Below the pieces are notes generated by a model. The model was not told where the DNA came from. It was given only the letters and a program-made list of their open reading frames with translations, and made no database searches. A stretch of DNA of 64,000 bases, from the NCBI RefSeq assembly GCF_006345805.1, contig NC_043001.1, positions 130,138,001 through 130,202,000 of the forward strand, read 5' to 3'. This DNA comes from Octopus sinensis. Lineage: Eukaryota. Of this stretch, positions 42,051 to 55,789 are shown piece by piece (the stretch's first letter is position 1; each line of letters starts with the position of its first letter). The position numbers were made by a program, and so were the translations under genes.

Positions 42051-42859
42051 AAGATAGACGGACAGACAGCATTTGCAATACCCACCATTTGTCCGTAAAT
42101 CAATTAGGATTTTGAAGATTAGTACTTTTGTGTTGCTTTATATAGTGTGTGTGAGAAAGATAGATAGATAGAGAGAGAGAGATAAAGCAAGCATGTTTAT
42201 GTGGTGGACTTCACCGCTGAATTTTTCCACCGTCTAGGCTTAAAAAAAAGCCCTTATTGTTGGTTTCCTTGTCCTGTTTTTATTCTTTATGTGTACTGTT
42301 TTTTTTTCTTTGTTTGTATTGCTTTTACGTCCTGTTCTTGTCACTTTTTTTACCCCTCTGCAAAAGAATTTTATTTAAATCATTTTGCAGGAAGGACTCT
42401 TCGGCCAGATCGTGTTCTGCCTTTACCTTTGAAACACGCATTGAGTTGAAACAGGGGCAGCTGATGAAGGGGAATATTCCTTGTATTGTTTGTCTTGTAC
42501 TCTGTTTTTTCGTTGTTAAAAAAAGTCCATTTCCTTGTTTGATTTTATGTTTTTGTTTCTCGTTGTGTTCTACATTTATTTGTGGTGTCCTGTACTCATA
42601 TATATATATATGCATGTATATATACATATAGATGCAGGTATGTACATATATGTATGTATGTATGCATATGTTTTATTTATTAAATTGTTATATATATATA
42701 TATATTGTTATATTTCGGAATGGTCATATTGCGAGTTTAGCCAATAAAATTGGCATGTTGTTACAGAGTATAATAGAAAAGGCACAAAAGTAATGAAAAT
42801 TTATACATTTTATTTTAGCTAGCTTACACACATTTCTAATACGTTAGGAAAATCATATT
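40354..42859 (+). repeat. ~120-bp direct repeat pair (40354-40474 and 42741-42859)
   Basis: ccaat(t)aaaattggcatgtt...ttaggaaaatcata, with about 6 differences in 120 bp by hand alignment. Confidence 0.92.
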
Positions 42860-45129
42860 TAAACGTATATATATATATATATATATATATCATCAGGAAA
42901 TCATAAATCCAAAAGAGAAGCACACTCTAAGTTATAGACAGTAGAGTAGATAGATAAAGATAGTCATGGCCATTTTAAGGGGTTACCCTGGGTTTCAAGT
43001 CCATAAAGTGCTTAGATTTACAATGTTTCATCAGACCTTAATGGTCAGTGGCCTATAACCTCTCTTCAAAATGGAGGGAGAAAAGGCCTTATGGCCAGTT
43101 GTCAAACACACGAACAAAGGAGAAGGATTAAGCACAAGGAATTGTTTCCTTTAGACTGTTCTGTTCAACCTGGTCGTTTTGTGGGTCCCAGGGCTTCAGT
43201 AGGAATCTCCTAAAGTGTAAGTAAGGGCCAAAGGCTTCCATCCTGGAATTTAAGATAATCCCTGGCTCGATGGAGTTCTTTCATATTCTCACCCATTCAG
43301 CTATGGACAGTTTGCAAAGCTTGCTCCTGTTGATATATAGGGACCCAGATTTTCTTGGCTCTTCCATGAGATTACATGTGATGTCCCTTCTTCCTTCAGG
43401 CATCACACATGGCTGGCCAAGGATGTGACGTATCATCTCTTTGGGATCTTGATCAAGGATCTGAGGTTGGAGAGGCACTGCTTGAAGGTGTAGTCAATAA
43501 TGTTTAGTGGAGTTACATGGTTAGAGCAGTCGACTCGCAGTCAAGGGATCGTGGGCTCAGATCTCAGACCAGGTGATGTGTGTGTGTTTATGAGCAAAAC
43601 ACTTTGTGTCAAAATTAGAAAGAACTAATTTTGAGGCTCATAAATTCCAACCTTTACATCTATATGTGTGTATGTGTCTGTGTGCATATGTATATGTGTG
43701 TGTGTATAAGTGTGTATAAATATGTATGTATATTGTATATAATGTCTCTAATGTATATGTATATGTATACCTGTATAAATATGTATATATATATATTTAT
43801 ATGCATGCATGTCATCATCATCATCATCATCATCATCATTTAACATGTTTTAAAAGAAATTTAATGTGCCTACATGATAACTGTAAACCTACTTTTGGGT
43901 TACCCTCTATACACACATGCACATACATATACATATAGATATGAATATGTGTGAGCGTTGTATGCATATATATATATAATACATATTCCCTGCCTCTCTC
44001 TCTTCAAGTCTCTATTCATACATACATGTATGAGGTTATGTCTCTATCCATACACATATGCACACACAACCGTATACAGATTTAGATAAAAATAAAGAAG
44101 TAAATGGTTTCACTCTCATCCATGTATGATTAAGTGAACTATTTTTCATTGAAACTGTATGGCTGAGTATCTCACAGACTTGTGTGCGAATAATACAAAC
44201 CTTGGGTTGAGCCAGTACAAGAGTGTGACAAAACTGCTCCCTTTGAATTATGAGTAAAGTTCTTATAATCTTCCTCACAGTTTCCCCTCTATCCAGTTTT
44301 ACTCATTAGGTTTGGATTTCCTCGAGGCTGTATGAAAAGGTACTCGCCCAAGGTTCCATGAAGTGGGGTTGAACCTAGAATGTAATAATTGCAAAGCAGT
44401 CTCTTTAGCCACTCACTCTCAGATATACACACATATACAAACAAGCATTTGCTCTCAATTTTGTGTGCAAATATGCAGCGATAAAGAAGGCGGTGATCTG
44501 ACAGAATCATTAGCACGCTGAGCAAAATACTTAGTCATTTCATCTGTCTTCGTGTTCTATGTTTGAATTCTGCCAAGTCCACCTTTACTTTACATTCTTT
44601 TTGGGTCTATAAAATTAGTACCAGTTGTGCACTGGGGCTGATGTAATCAACTTAAGCCTCTTTTGGCATTGCTGGCCTTGTGCCAAAATTTGAAATCAAT
44701 ATTCATAGATGAATGATGGAAGCAAGTTGGTAGAATCTTTACCAATGCTGGTCGAGGTGCTTAACAGCATTTCATTAGTTTTGGTCAGCTTTACCATTCA
44801 TCCTTTTGGACCCAATAAAATAAGCACCAGTTGTGCACTGGGGTCGATGTAATCGACTTATCCCTCTCCCCCAGAATTGCTGGCCTTGTGCCAAAATTTG
44901 AAACCAATATTTCTGAGCAAATAAGGTGGTGAAATGGCAGAATTGTTAAGATGCCAGTACAAAATGTTTCATCTGCCATTATGCTCTGAGTTCAAATTCT
45001 GCTGAAGTCAACTTTGCCTTTCATCTTTTCAGGGTCGATAAAATAAATACCAGTCATGCACTGGGGTTGATGCAATTGACTTAAACCTTTTTCTTGAGCC
45101 AAAATTTGAAACCAACATGTGTGTGGTCA

Positions 45130-45437
45130 AGTTCCTTTCGAGTGATGGACTTCATGGGGGCAATGACCAAGACCTTTGGCATTATGTCTTGCTTGAGAAG
45201 AAAACCTATCAAGCCAAACAAAATCACAATTGTGACAGATACCGGTGTCACGCAAATGGCACCTGTGCCAGTGACACGTAAAAAAACACCAATTATACTC
45301 TTGGAGATGGTCAGCATTAAGAAGGGCATCAAGCCATAGAAACCATGCCAAATCAAGCTGGAGTCTGGTGCAGCCTTGCAGCTTGCCAGCCTTGGTCAAA
45401 CCATCAAACCCATGCCATAATGGACAACTGAAGCTAA

Positions 45438-45522
<85 letters not shown>
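45130..45522 (+). mobile_element. RTE 3' end with an expanded (GAT)n tail (~85 bp)
   Basis: gaagggcatcaagccatagaaacc...cccatgccataatggacaactgaagctaaa(tga)n. Confidence 0.8.
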
Positions 45523-45523
<1 letters not shown>

Positions 45524-45845
45524 TGAGTAGCTTTTAACTCTATAATGCATACACAAACATCTCCTCACATGCATGCATGCTTTATTATGCATGCACACGC
45601 ACACATGTATAATGTTGCTTGTATGCATTTATATAATACACGCACATGTGAATGCATGCACTGGTGCATTTACAAGTACTCACACATCACACACAATTTA
45701 CACTCACAAGCATATTCATATGAAAAGACACTCATACGCACACAGACGTACACATATTTGGACATGAAGACGCATGCATGTACATGTGTACATGCACATA
45801 CATACACATATATATGTAAACACATACAAGGACTCTATCTCTCCC

Positions 45846-45876
<31 letters not shown>

Positions 45877-47360
45877 AATGCACACACATGCATAAGTGTG
45901 TGTGTGTGTGTGTGTATACACACACACAGGCTTACAATATTTCTTTCAAACCGATGTCTTTGTTCAAAATGACAAACATAAAGACCAGCAATTCTAATTA
46001 TTCTGTTTTAATCCCTTTAACAGATTAACTCACCCCACCACCCCCACTGCCACTGCATCATCACCAACATGGCCACCACCACCACCACCACCACCACCAT
46101 CAAAAACAACAACAATAACACCAACACTACATCACCACTACCACCACTACCACTACCACCACCACCACCACCAATACTACCATTATCACCATCATTACCA
46201 TTATCACCATCATTACCATTATCATCATCATTACCATTATCATCATCATCAGCAGCAACACCAACACCATAATATTTTCAGTTCCTTGCTCCGAAAGCAA
46301 TTAGCAATTTTTGTTAAATCTCTCTTATTTCATCTGATTCCATTCTTTTCACACTCGTTTCATTCCTTGTAGCGATTTCCCCCACTGTTGTTTGTCATTG
46401 TTGTTAATATTGTTATCATCGGTGTTGTTGTTGTTGTTATCATCATCATCATCACCATCATCATTATCATCATTATCATCATCATCATCATTGCTTTCAT
46501 AATCGTCTGATAATCTTTGCTGGCTAACCCCACCTAATCATATGGTTGAGACAGTTAACTCTTCTCAAGCACAACCTCTTCTGATTCTGGCTACTGGAAT
46601 CTTTTGTTTATCGTTGTTGTTATTGGTGGTACTTAACTTGTTGTTGTTGTCATTCTTCTTGCTTGTAGTAGCAGTGGTGGTGAGCCAGTCCCTCTGTTGC
46701 TATTGGTGGTGCTACTGTTGTTGTTGTTGTTCATGTCATTGTTATTCTCATTGGTAACATTGCTCCTTGTTAAGGTGGCGAACTGGCAGAATCATTAGCA
46801 TAAGCCATGCAAAATGGTTATTGGCATTTTTTTCTGTCTTTACATTCTGAATTCAAATTCCACCAAGCTTGATTTTGCCTTTCGTCCCTTCGGATTCGAT
46901 AAAATACATACCCATGTAGCATAGGGGTCAATGTAATCAACTTACTCTCTACCCAACAAAAATAACTAGACTTGTACCAAAATTTAAAACCATGAGGCAG
47001 CAAGCTTGCCGAATTGTTAGCATAAGCGGGGCAAAATGCTTAGCGGCATTTCATCTGCCTTTACATTCTGAGCTCAAATTCCGCTGAGGTCGACTTTGCC
47101 TTTCATCCTTTCGAGGTCAATAAATTAAGTACCAGTTATGCACTGGGGTCGATGTAATCGACTTAATCCCTTTGTCTGTCCTTGTTTGTCCCCTCTATGT
47201 TTAGCTCCTTGTGGGCAATAAAGAAATAAGAATCATTAGTGCACTGAACAAAATGTTCCGAGTTCAAATTCCACCAAGGTCGACTTTACCGTTCATCCTT
47301 TAGGGGTCGGTAAAATAAGTACCTGTTAAAAACTGGGGTCAATAAAGTAAAGATTATTTA

Positions 47361-47518
47361 CCAACATAATGTGGCAGTCCCAGTTGGGAGGAATGTTCCT
47401 GCTGTTTAGCCCCGGGAAGCATCGTCTCCAGCTGGCTATACGACAAAGCAGGAGATGATGTTTCCTGGGGCTAAACAACAGTAATGTTCACCCCAACAAG
47501 GACTGCCACATATGTTGG
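47361..47518. repeat. Fold-back palindrome 3 (MITE-like), ~72-bp arms, 15-nt spacer
   Basis: ccaacataatgtggcagtcc...catcgtctccagc versus gcaggagatgatg...ggactgccacatatgttgg; diverged arms. Confidence 0.88.
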
Positions 47519-48386
47519 CAAATAAGCTTTTCTATAAAGTACTGTTACCGAAAATCTCTCATTCAGAGATTTAGAAATAATAATGTTTCTACTGGGGTCA
47601 ATCAGCTTACTCCCTGCCCCCAAAATAACTACTCTTGCACCAAAATTTAAAACCATAAGGCAGTGAGCTTGCAGTATTGTTAGTATAAGCAGGGCAAAGT
47701 GCTTAATGGAATTTCATCTGTCTTCACATTCTGAGCTCAAATTCCACTAAAGGTCAACTTCAACTTTCATCCTATTGGAGTTGATAAAATGAGTACCAGT
47801 TGAATATTGGGGTCAATATAATTGATTTACTCTCTACCCTCAAAATAACTAGACTTGTGCAAAAATCACTTGTATAAACAAGCAAAATAGTGGCATTTTG
47901 TATGTTTTTACATTCTGAGTTCAAACTCCACTGAGGTCATCTTTGCATTTCATCCTTTTAGGGAGGTTGGTGAAATAAGTATCATATGAGCACTGGGGTC
48001 GATGTAATTGACTTACCCTCTCTCCCAACATAACTAGACTTGCATGAAAAATTTTGGTGGTGGTGGTGGTGCTGCTGTTGTTGTTGTTGTTTTTGGTGGA
48101 GGTAAGGCTGGGTAGTTGTGGAGGGTTTTCTATCCTGTTGTTGCTGCTGATTTAGTTGTTACTGATTTTATTTCTTTCCTCATAGTTTACAGTTAAGTTT
48201 ATCATTGCTGACTCTAGAAGCTTTTTCATTATATATGACTTAGTAAGAGTAAGAAGGACAGCTTCCCGTGAGCCTTTTTAGTATCCTTAAGGGAGGAAGT
48301 TATTTTCGCATTGGTAACCAGATCCAAATGATCTTAAGAGCCCAAGGCTTTCAAAGGATCCTTGATCCATTTTTTCATTCATATAA

Positions 48387-48705
48387 AGGTGCAGGCATAG
48401 CTGTGTGGTAAGAAGTTTGCTTTCCAACCACAAGGTTCTGAGTTCTGTCTCCCTGCATGACACCTTGGGCACGTGTCGTCTACTATAGCCTCAGACCAAC
48501 CAAAGTCTTGCGAGTGGATTTGGTAAAACGAAACTGAAAGAAGTCCGTTATGTGTGTGTGTGTATTATATACATGTGTGTGTGTGTGTCTTTGTGTCTGT
48601 GTTTGTCCCCCACCACCTTTTGACAACAGGTGTTGTTGTGTTTATGTCCCCAGAATTTAGCAGTTTGGCAAAAAAAAAAACTGATAGAATACGTACCAGG
48701 CTTAA
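48387..48705 (+). mobile_element. SINE family A (3'-truncated)
   Basis: aggtgcaggcatagctgtgtggtaag head. Other diverged copies at about 585-812, 39530-39870(-), 52225-52387(-), 53047-53710, 54040-54525, 56345-56755, 62370-62480. Confidence 0.85.
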
Positions 48706-49439
48706 CAGTGTGAGATGAAGTGTCTTGCTCAAGAACTCAGTTCACCACTGAGCCTGGGAACTGAAACCACAATCTCATGCTCATGCGTACAACACCCTAA
48801 CCACTAGGCCACAATCCCACCCACATACACATATACACCCACGTATGTGTGTGTGTGTGTGTGTGCATGCACATCTATCTGTGTTTGTGTGTATGCATAT
48901 ATTTGTGTGTGTGTGTAGGTAAGGGTAATCTTTTGATCACTGCATATATAAAATGCAAACAAGGAACTAAAAGGGGGAAACAAATGGAAAATAAATAAAT
49001 AAATAAATAAAAATTACCATCAACAAAAACAAAAGAATTTATATTTTTTCATTTGAAGTATTTGATATTTTTTTTTTTATTTAATTCTTTGTGCATTTTC
49101 AAATATAACAATAAAAATATGGTTTTACAGGTAGAAAATGAATTTGTTTTTGTTTTTGTTTTTGTTTTTGTTTTCATCTGAATAACTTGTTTACAGATAA
49201 AGTTTTGTTTTTGATAATCTCCCATTTTGGGGAGTTTACTAATGGAGGTTTCAACAATTATCTGAAAGTTACTCTGTGTATATATTTAAGAGTTAAATGG
49301 AAAGATATGAGATATCTCAAATAATAATAATTATTGTTATTATTATAAATATAATAATAATAAAAATGATATTAATAAGGATAATAATAATAATAATACA
49401 GATGATGAATATCATCAGGATAATAATAATTGTAATAAT

Positions 49440-49476
<37 letters not shown>

Positions 49477-49611
49477 TATAATGACAAACAAATTCCCGTA
49501 TTTGTCATTGCTGATTATTAACAGTTGTTAACGATTATTTGTTTACCTTCAGTTTGTTTCACTTTGATGTTCGCCATTTTATGTGTACAATCATCAAAAG
49601 ATTTCAGCACA

Positions 49612-49683
<72 letters not shown>

Positions 49684-49928
49684 CACACGCACACACACAC
49701 ATGAACACATACATAGATATGAATGCTCACATACATATATACACACACTATCTCTTCTGTTGTGCATATCTATCTTTCTTTGTCATCAATTTATGCAGAG
49801 ATAATTTACTATGGAGAAAGAAAATCAACAAAACCTACACAAATAACCAACAAAAACTGACCTTAATCTGTCTGTTTTTCTTCTTTTTTATGGGTTTTTT
49901 TTTCAAAAATGTATTCTTTTCTTAACAG

Positions 49929-49942
49929 TCACATTTATGAAG
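49929..49942 (+). CDS. Candidate 14-nt micro-exon
   Basis: Strong pyrimidine tract ttcttttcttaacag|TCACATTTATGAAG|gtaatg; open as TFMK (1 to 0) or HIYE (2 to 1). Confidence 0.35.
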
Positions 49943-49955
49943 GTAATGTGACAAT

Positions 49956-50006
<51 letters not shown>

Positions 50007-50730
50007 TTTCAAAGAAATAAAAAAAAATAATAGCTAAATAAGATAACATTAGAATTTTAATCATGAAATTTGCAAATATTCTGCCAATTAAATTTGCTCA
50101 CTAATGTTATGATTTAATTAGAATATAGCGTTACAGGGATGTTCTTAGGAGATAGGAAGATTTGATTATGCGCTTTCCTCATGGCCTAATAACTAACTTT
50201 ATTATTTTATCTCTCACACATTGTGTGGTTAGTTTTCTTGAAGAAAGAACTTCAAAAATTGACTAAAAATATAAATCTTCAGCAATGTACATGTGACAAC
50301 AGATGCATGTCTTTAAATCAACATGCAATAACGTCTGTATGGAACAATAATGTAACTTCTACTGAGGACCTGTTCATTACAGAGGCCTAAATTCTCTGCA
50401 ATGAATTCCCTTCTGTCTTTAAATTGAGAACATTAAATTGAGGACTTTATTATCTTAATTATACTTGCATCACAAAGCATATGATGTAATTTGTCATGGG
50501 TGTGTAAATTATTGTGGCCGTGATAACTAAGTATGTTGTCATAGACAAAAACAAAAAAGGATTACTATAAAGTTAATTGTCAATTCAGCACCACTTTAAA
50601 AAGTATGTTTTATCTTTCATCTGTTTCTTGTTTCAGTTCTTCGACTGCGACCATGCTAGAGCACCACCTTGAAGGGTTCAGCCAAACAAGTTGTGCCTGG
50701 TACTTATTTTTTAAAAAAACCTGGTACTTA

Positions 50731-50990
50731 TTAGTTAGTTAGTTAATTTGGCTCAAAAGCAAATAACAAGGCCATGTAGGGGGACATGGAGTTAAGTACA
50801 GGGTGGTGTTCATGTAAAGAGTTCGGAATGACCCCGCAGCCGACGCTCTGGAGCAGGAGTAAAGAACAGCTCTTTCGAGAGGTTACACTTTCCGCTTATG
50901 ATGTTGTGGGCGAGAATGAGATCACCACGGCGGCGGCGTTTTTCTATGTGTCTCTTTTGTCAAGCAGTTATGAGGGACATGCACACTTGT
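50731..50990 (-). mobile_element. CR1/L2-type LINE 3' fragment with (ACTA)n tail
   Basis: Minus frame KRRRRGDLILAHNIISGKCNLSKELFFTPAPERRLRGHS matches the CR1 C-terminal motif RR.RGDLI..YKI..G...FF......RGH. Confidence 0.8.
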
Positions 50991-50994
50991 AGGG

Positions 50995-51516
50995 AGTGCT
51001 AATGTATTGAGAGAGTGAAGTTAGGCACAAGGGGAATTAGATGAAATGTGCAACAGAGAAGATTGCATTGGTTTGGTCATGTAATGTGAATGGATACTGA
51101 CGGTGCCATAAAGAGATGTTGATCTCTCAAAGTAAATGGAACAGGTGGAAGAAAGTACCCAGGAAGAAATGGGACGAAATACTAAAGAATGACCTGACAA
51201 ATGACAGAGATACCTGGTGCCTTGTGGTCCTTCAGTGCAGAAGTGTTAAGGCCAGCCCTCATAGTGAAGAAGATTGGCCTTCGAGAGTACTGTGCTGGTG
51301 CCACACAAAAGCACTCATGTTGGTGCCACATTAAAAGCACCCAGCACACTCTGTAAAGTGGTTGGTGTTAGGAAGGGCATCCAGCTGTAGAAACCAAGCC
51401 AAATCAGACTGGAACCTGGTGCAGTACTCTAGCTTACTAATTTTGGTCAAACTATCCAAACCACTCCAGCATGGAAAACAGATGTTAGAGGATGATGATG
51501 ATGATGATGATGATGA
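50995..51516 (+). mobile_element. Old RTE C-terminus and 3' end
   Basis: QQRRLHWFGHV, PRKKWDEILKNDL and a terminal (GAT)n. Confidence 0.8.
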
Positions 51517-51539
51517 TACATACATAGATTGATGATGGT

Positions 51540-52190
51540 TGTTCACTCATAACCGAAGAAGGCCACCACTGACCAATGTCCATGCAAAATGCCAGCAATG
51601 CCTGTGCATGAAGTTAATGCACCAACAGTTGGCTTCACTCAGGTTCATGTCCATAACTTCCATGCTCACTACAGTGCCCTCCAACTTGAACAGACATTGG
51701 ATAATCTCCTCATTGGTGATTGCACAACCTAAAATTATATGGTCCAGTAAGGCTTGCACAGCACTTCATGGACCCTCTACACCTTATTGCCATACTCCAG
51801 AGACAAACTTGGGCAAGATATCCAGTACCTATATGGGTTGCAGGCTCAGGAATGTGAGTGCTATGATCTTAAGTACAAACAAAAAGCCCCCAGAATATTC
51901 AATGCCACTCCCTGCGTATCTGGTTTTATATCAGAGTGGCCTTCTCCTAGAGACATACCTTAACAAAAGTTGCGGTGTGTCTCACACCCAGTGGTCTTTC
52001 AGCACACCAGACACCAACCCAGAGTTTCTGAGAACCCATGCTATTGCTAGACAGTGGTTGAGTCTACACCAGGTTTATCCATCCTTTTGCCAGATCTTAT
52101 TTTTAATCCTGCTGAGTTTCTAGCAATCCTCCTCACCAAGCAAGCCTAGTGGGGGTGACAGTTTAGTTGCCAACGACCTGATTATACCAC
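51540..52190 (-). mobile_element. Decayed RTE-type 5' UTR and AP-endonuclease N-terminus
   Basis: Broken minus frames LNILG, DHSTHIPEPATHI and LGCAITNEEIIQCLFKLEGTVVSMEVMDMNLSEAN resemble RTE endonuclease segments (LNI.TWNV; G.GFAI.N...L.....SERLM.M.L). The 194-aa + strand ORF is its antisense. Confidence 0.5.
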
Positions 52191-53428
52191 ATATTGTACT
52201 GGTTTCCATGTTATCATAGCACTCACGAAGGGCTTCTTTTCAATTTCCGTCCACCAAATCCACTCACAAAGCTCTGCTCAGCCCAAGGCTGTTGTTAAAA
52301 ACACACACCCAAGCTGCTATGCAGTGGGACTGAACCTAGAACCATGCAGTTGGTAACCAAGCTCCATACTACACAGCCATGCCTACATGTAAAATATTTT
52401 CCTGTCTTCAATCTTGCCAAAGTTAGGTTAGGTTATCTGCAATTAAATAAAAGATAATGTGAATTAGGTTCACTTGTCTTGAGGAAAATTTATGTAGACT
52501 TAAACTCTTATGACGGTAGCCTAGCCCCTGGTTACATTCTTTCATTATACTGTTTCATTTTCAAATGCTCTTCATTGCTTATTTTAAGTCCGTTTACTAC
52601 TCCCATGTATGTAATAGTTAGTTATCTCAAGACAATAAAAGTAGAATGGCCTCAGATAGAGCATGAAGTGAATAGTTATTTAATTAGCTACCTTTATGCC
52701 ACATTTCTATTGAAACAAAGCTTATTTGATCTACATAAAAACAGTAACAACAAGATAGTGGTTTTCTAACCCTTACAAGTAGTCATGTTGCAAGGAAATA
52801 AACTAAAAGATATCTATAGGTGTAGCCAATAATATAGTAACAGCAGAGAGAGGTAAGTTCCCTGTAAACCAAGTCTGCAACCCAATTAGATTTCCAGTAT
52901 TTTTTTCCCCCCATCTTTTAATTGGGAGGTGAAGCAATACCTCTGACCCATTACAAGGCATCTGCAACTGGCATGAAATTGAAAGTAGTTTCAAAAGAAA
53001 GATTTGACCTGAATGCTTGAAAATGAGTAATGCATTAAGTAAAGAATGGGTGTGGCTGTGTAGTATGAAGCCTCCTTCCCAACCAAATGGTTCTGGGTTC
53101 AGTCCCACTGCATGGCGCCTTGAGAAAGTGTCTTCTACTATAGCCTTGTGAGTGGATTTGGTAGGCAGAAACTGAAAGAAACCCGTCGTTGCACTTGAAA
53201 GGTAGCACTTGAAATGTTACACTTGAAAGGTAGCAATAAAATGTTTCAGAAGTGTTAGAGAACTGATTTATTAAATCAAAGTATGATCCAGGTTCATTTA
53301 TGACATTTACTCAACGTTTCCCTTAGTCATATATTCTAACTTTAAATATATTTTCCTCTTTTGCTGTGATAAAGTAACCAAACCCTAGTGAGTGTATTTA
53401 GTAAACAGAAACTGAAAGAAGCCCATTA

Positions 53429-53475
<47 letters not shown>

Positions 53476-54619
53476 CTGTGGAAGAGATTTTCTTTCAGAG
53501 ACATCTACACACCCACACACACCACTGTTTAGCAACCAGTGTTGGTCTGATCACTTCCCCATAACTTAGCAATTTGGCAAAAGAAACTGATAGAATAAGT
53601 ACCTGTCTTTAAAAAAAACTAGGTACTTGGGGCATTCGCTCAACTAAGAATTCTTCAAGGCTGTGCCCCAACATGGCCACATAGTCTAATGACTGAAATA
53701 AGTAAAAGATAGCTTGGGAAAAATTTAGCATAAATTATTCATTAAGGCAAAGTGAGATTTGAACTCAGTATGTAAAGCTATAACAAGCACCACAAGCCAA
53801 CCAGTTTGACATCCTTACAATTCCACCAATCCACCACCCTTTATTAGTATTTTGTTTTATATTGACCCTGAAAGGATGAAAGACGAAGTTGATCACAGTA
53901 CAATTTGAACTCAGAGTGCAGATATTTGGTGAAAATAAATTGAGACATTTTGTCCAACACTATCTCATTTACATAAACGAAAAAGCTTTTACATGCTCAG
54001 TTCATATGCTAGAAATAGTAGCTAAATATTCTTCAGATTGCATCCTGCATGTTTTTGTGGTTAAGAAGTTCACTTTGAAACCACATGAATTTTGGTTCAG
54101 TTCTACTGCACAGCACCTTGGGCAAATGTCTTTCTTCTGCTATAGTCCCAGATTTATCAATGCTTTGTGTGTGAAATTGGGAGGTGGAAACTGTGTGGAA
54201 GCTCATTGCACATATGTCTGTGTGTATCTTTGTGCTTATGTTTGTTCTCTTATCACTTGACAACCAGTGTTGATTTGTTTATGTCTTTGTAACTAATGAG
54301 TAGATTCAGTAAATGGAAACTGTAAGGAAACTTGCTGTGAGTAGGTGAGTGTCTGTTTGTTTCTCAATGCTTGATGAATGGTGTTTGTTTGTTTGTAACT
54401 TAATGGTTGTTAAAAAAAGAGACCAGTAAAATAAAATAACTACTGGGATCATTTTAATTAATTAAACCCTTCAGGGTGGTGCCCCAGCATTGCTGCAGTC
54501 CAATGATTGATACCAGTAAAAGAGTAAAATGCTTTAGCAATCTCTGCTTTTCAACCCACAGAGAGATTTTTTTTTTTTTGTGAAATCATGTTTACATTAA
54601 TCCAGTATGTTTAATAGGA

Positions 54620-55075
54620 CACCACAGGGGCAACTAAAAAGTGATGGCTAAAAATTTGGATGTAGTGAATCTGATGCATGCATCAGTCCACAGCTTCCCA
54701 TGTGCTGGTACAGACATGTCATTATCCAGCCAGAGCTTTACTCTTATTTGACATAAAAGTGATGGCTAAAACTTGGATGTAGTGTATCTGATGTATGCAT
54801 GCATCAGCCCACCGCTTCCCATGTGTTGGCACGGACATGTCACCTGCCTCCTACTAAACGATCTTACCTGGGCTTTACTCACATTTGATGCAGCTGCTGC
54901 TGGCTGGAAGAGACCTCAGAGCAGGCCTTGAACCAGATGACTGGACATGAGTGGGGAAGATCTCCAGAGGCTCAACATCACCTTAGAGTATACAGAGGAG
55001 CTGGCACAGGACTGCCAGTGATGGAGAGCACTGGTAAACCTGCTCAGCACTACACATTATGCTGTCTTTGGAACC
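54620..55075 (+). mobile_element. Old RTE-like C-terminal fragment with an internal ~118-bp tandem duplication
   Basis: WHGHVTCLLLNDLTWALLTFDAAAAGWKRPQSRP..DLQRLNITLEYTEELAQD..WRALV; duplicated units start at 54637 and 54755. Confidence 0.75.
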
Positions 55076-55789
55076 ACTAACCTGGGATGACCCTCGTCCT
55101 GATTATACTCCATTCCTTTGTCTCAAATTAGGGGCTATATAGTACATCTCCGTAATATATATATATTCACCACCTCATCTGTGTTTTATTACATCATAAT
55201 TTAATATATTAAAACAATATGATTAAATTATTATATAATTTTAATATAACATATTGTATTACATCATGCATATTTTCTCTCTCTTTATCTATCTCCTAGC
55301 ATATATCATCATCATCATCGTTTAGTGTCCGTTTTCCATGCTGGCATGGGTTGGACAGTTTTACTGAGGTCTGGAGAGCCAGTGGCTGCACCAGGCTCCA
55401 ATCTGATCTAGCAATGTTTCTTCAGCTGGATGCCCTTCCTAATGCTAACCACTCTGAGAGTGTAGTGTATGTGTGTGTATACACACACACATACACACAC
55501 ACAGCATGCTGCAAGCAAAGTACTTTTTCAATTTCCTGAAAGAGATAGTAATTTGCTTTCCAGGTGAAAAAATTGCAAGTATTTCCTGAAAGTGAAACTA
55601 TCAACAAAATGAAATTAAAATAGTAGATGGTAGAGTGCTGGATGGACACTATAGCGCTTTAGCATTTAAACTGGCCAACTCTGGCCAAACTACTCTTCTT
55701 GTTTTATGTTCAGACTGGCCAAATCCAGTCTCTCACTTCTACCCTACAATTTTAGTCTAAAAAATATATGGTTACATAATCGTCTGGCA

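Larger units (their letters stand above)
44488..48040 (+). mobile_element. Cluster of co-oriented SINE family B copies
   Basis: Heads at about 44488, 44925, 46773, 46994, 47657 plus headless units at about 44790, 47232, 47880, several abutting directly. Confidence 0.85.

Noticed and set aside
51539-52123. 194-aa + strand ORF, the longest non-repetitive ORF
   Set aside because: It has no recognisable domain and lies antisense to a decayed RTE endonuclease-like region, so it is probably a shadow ORF.
52479-52769. 96-aa ORF MRKIYVDLNSY..
   Set aside because: Non-ATG start, no motif and AT-rich composition; compatible with chance.
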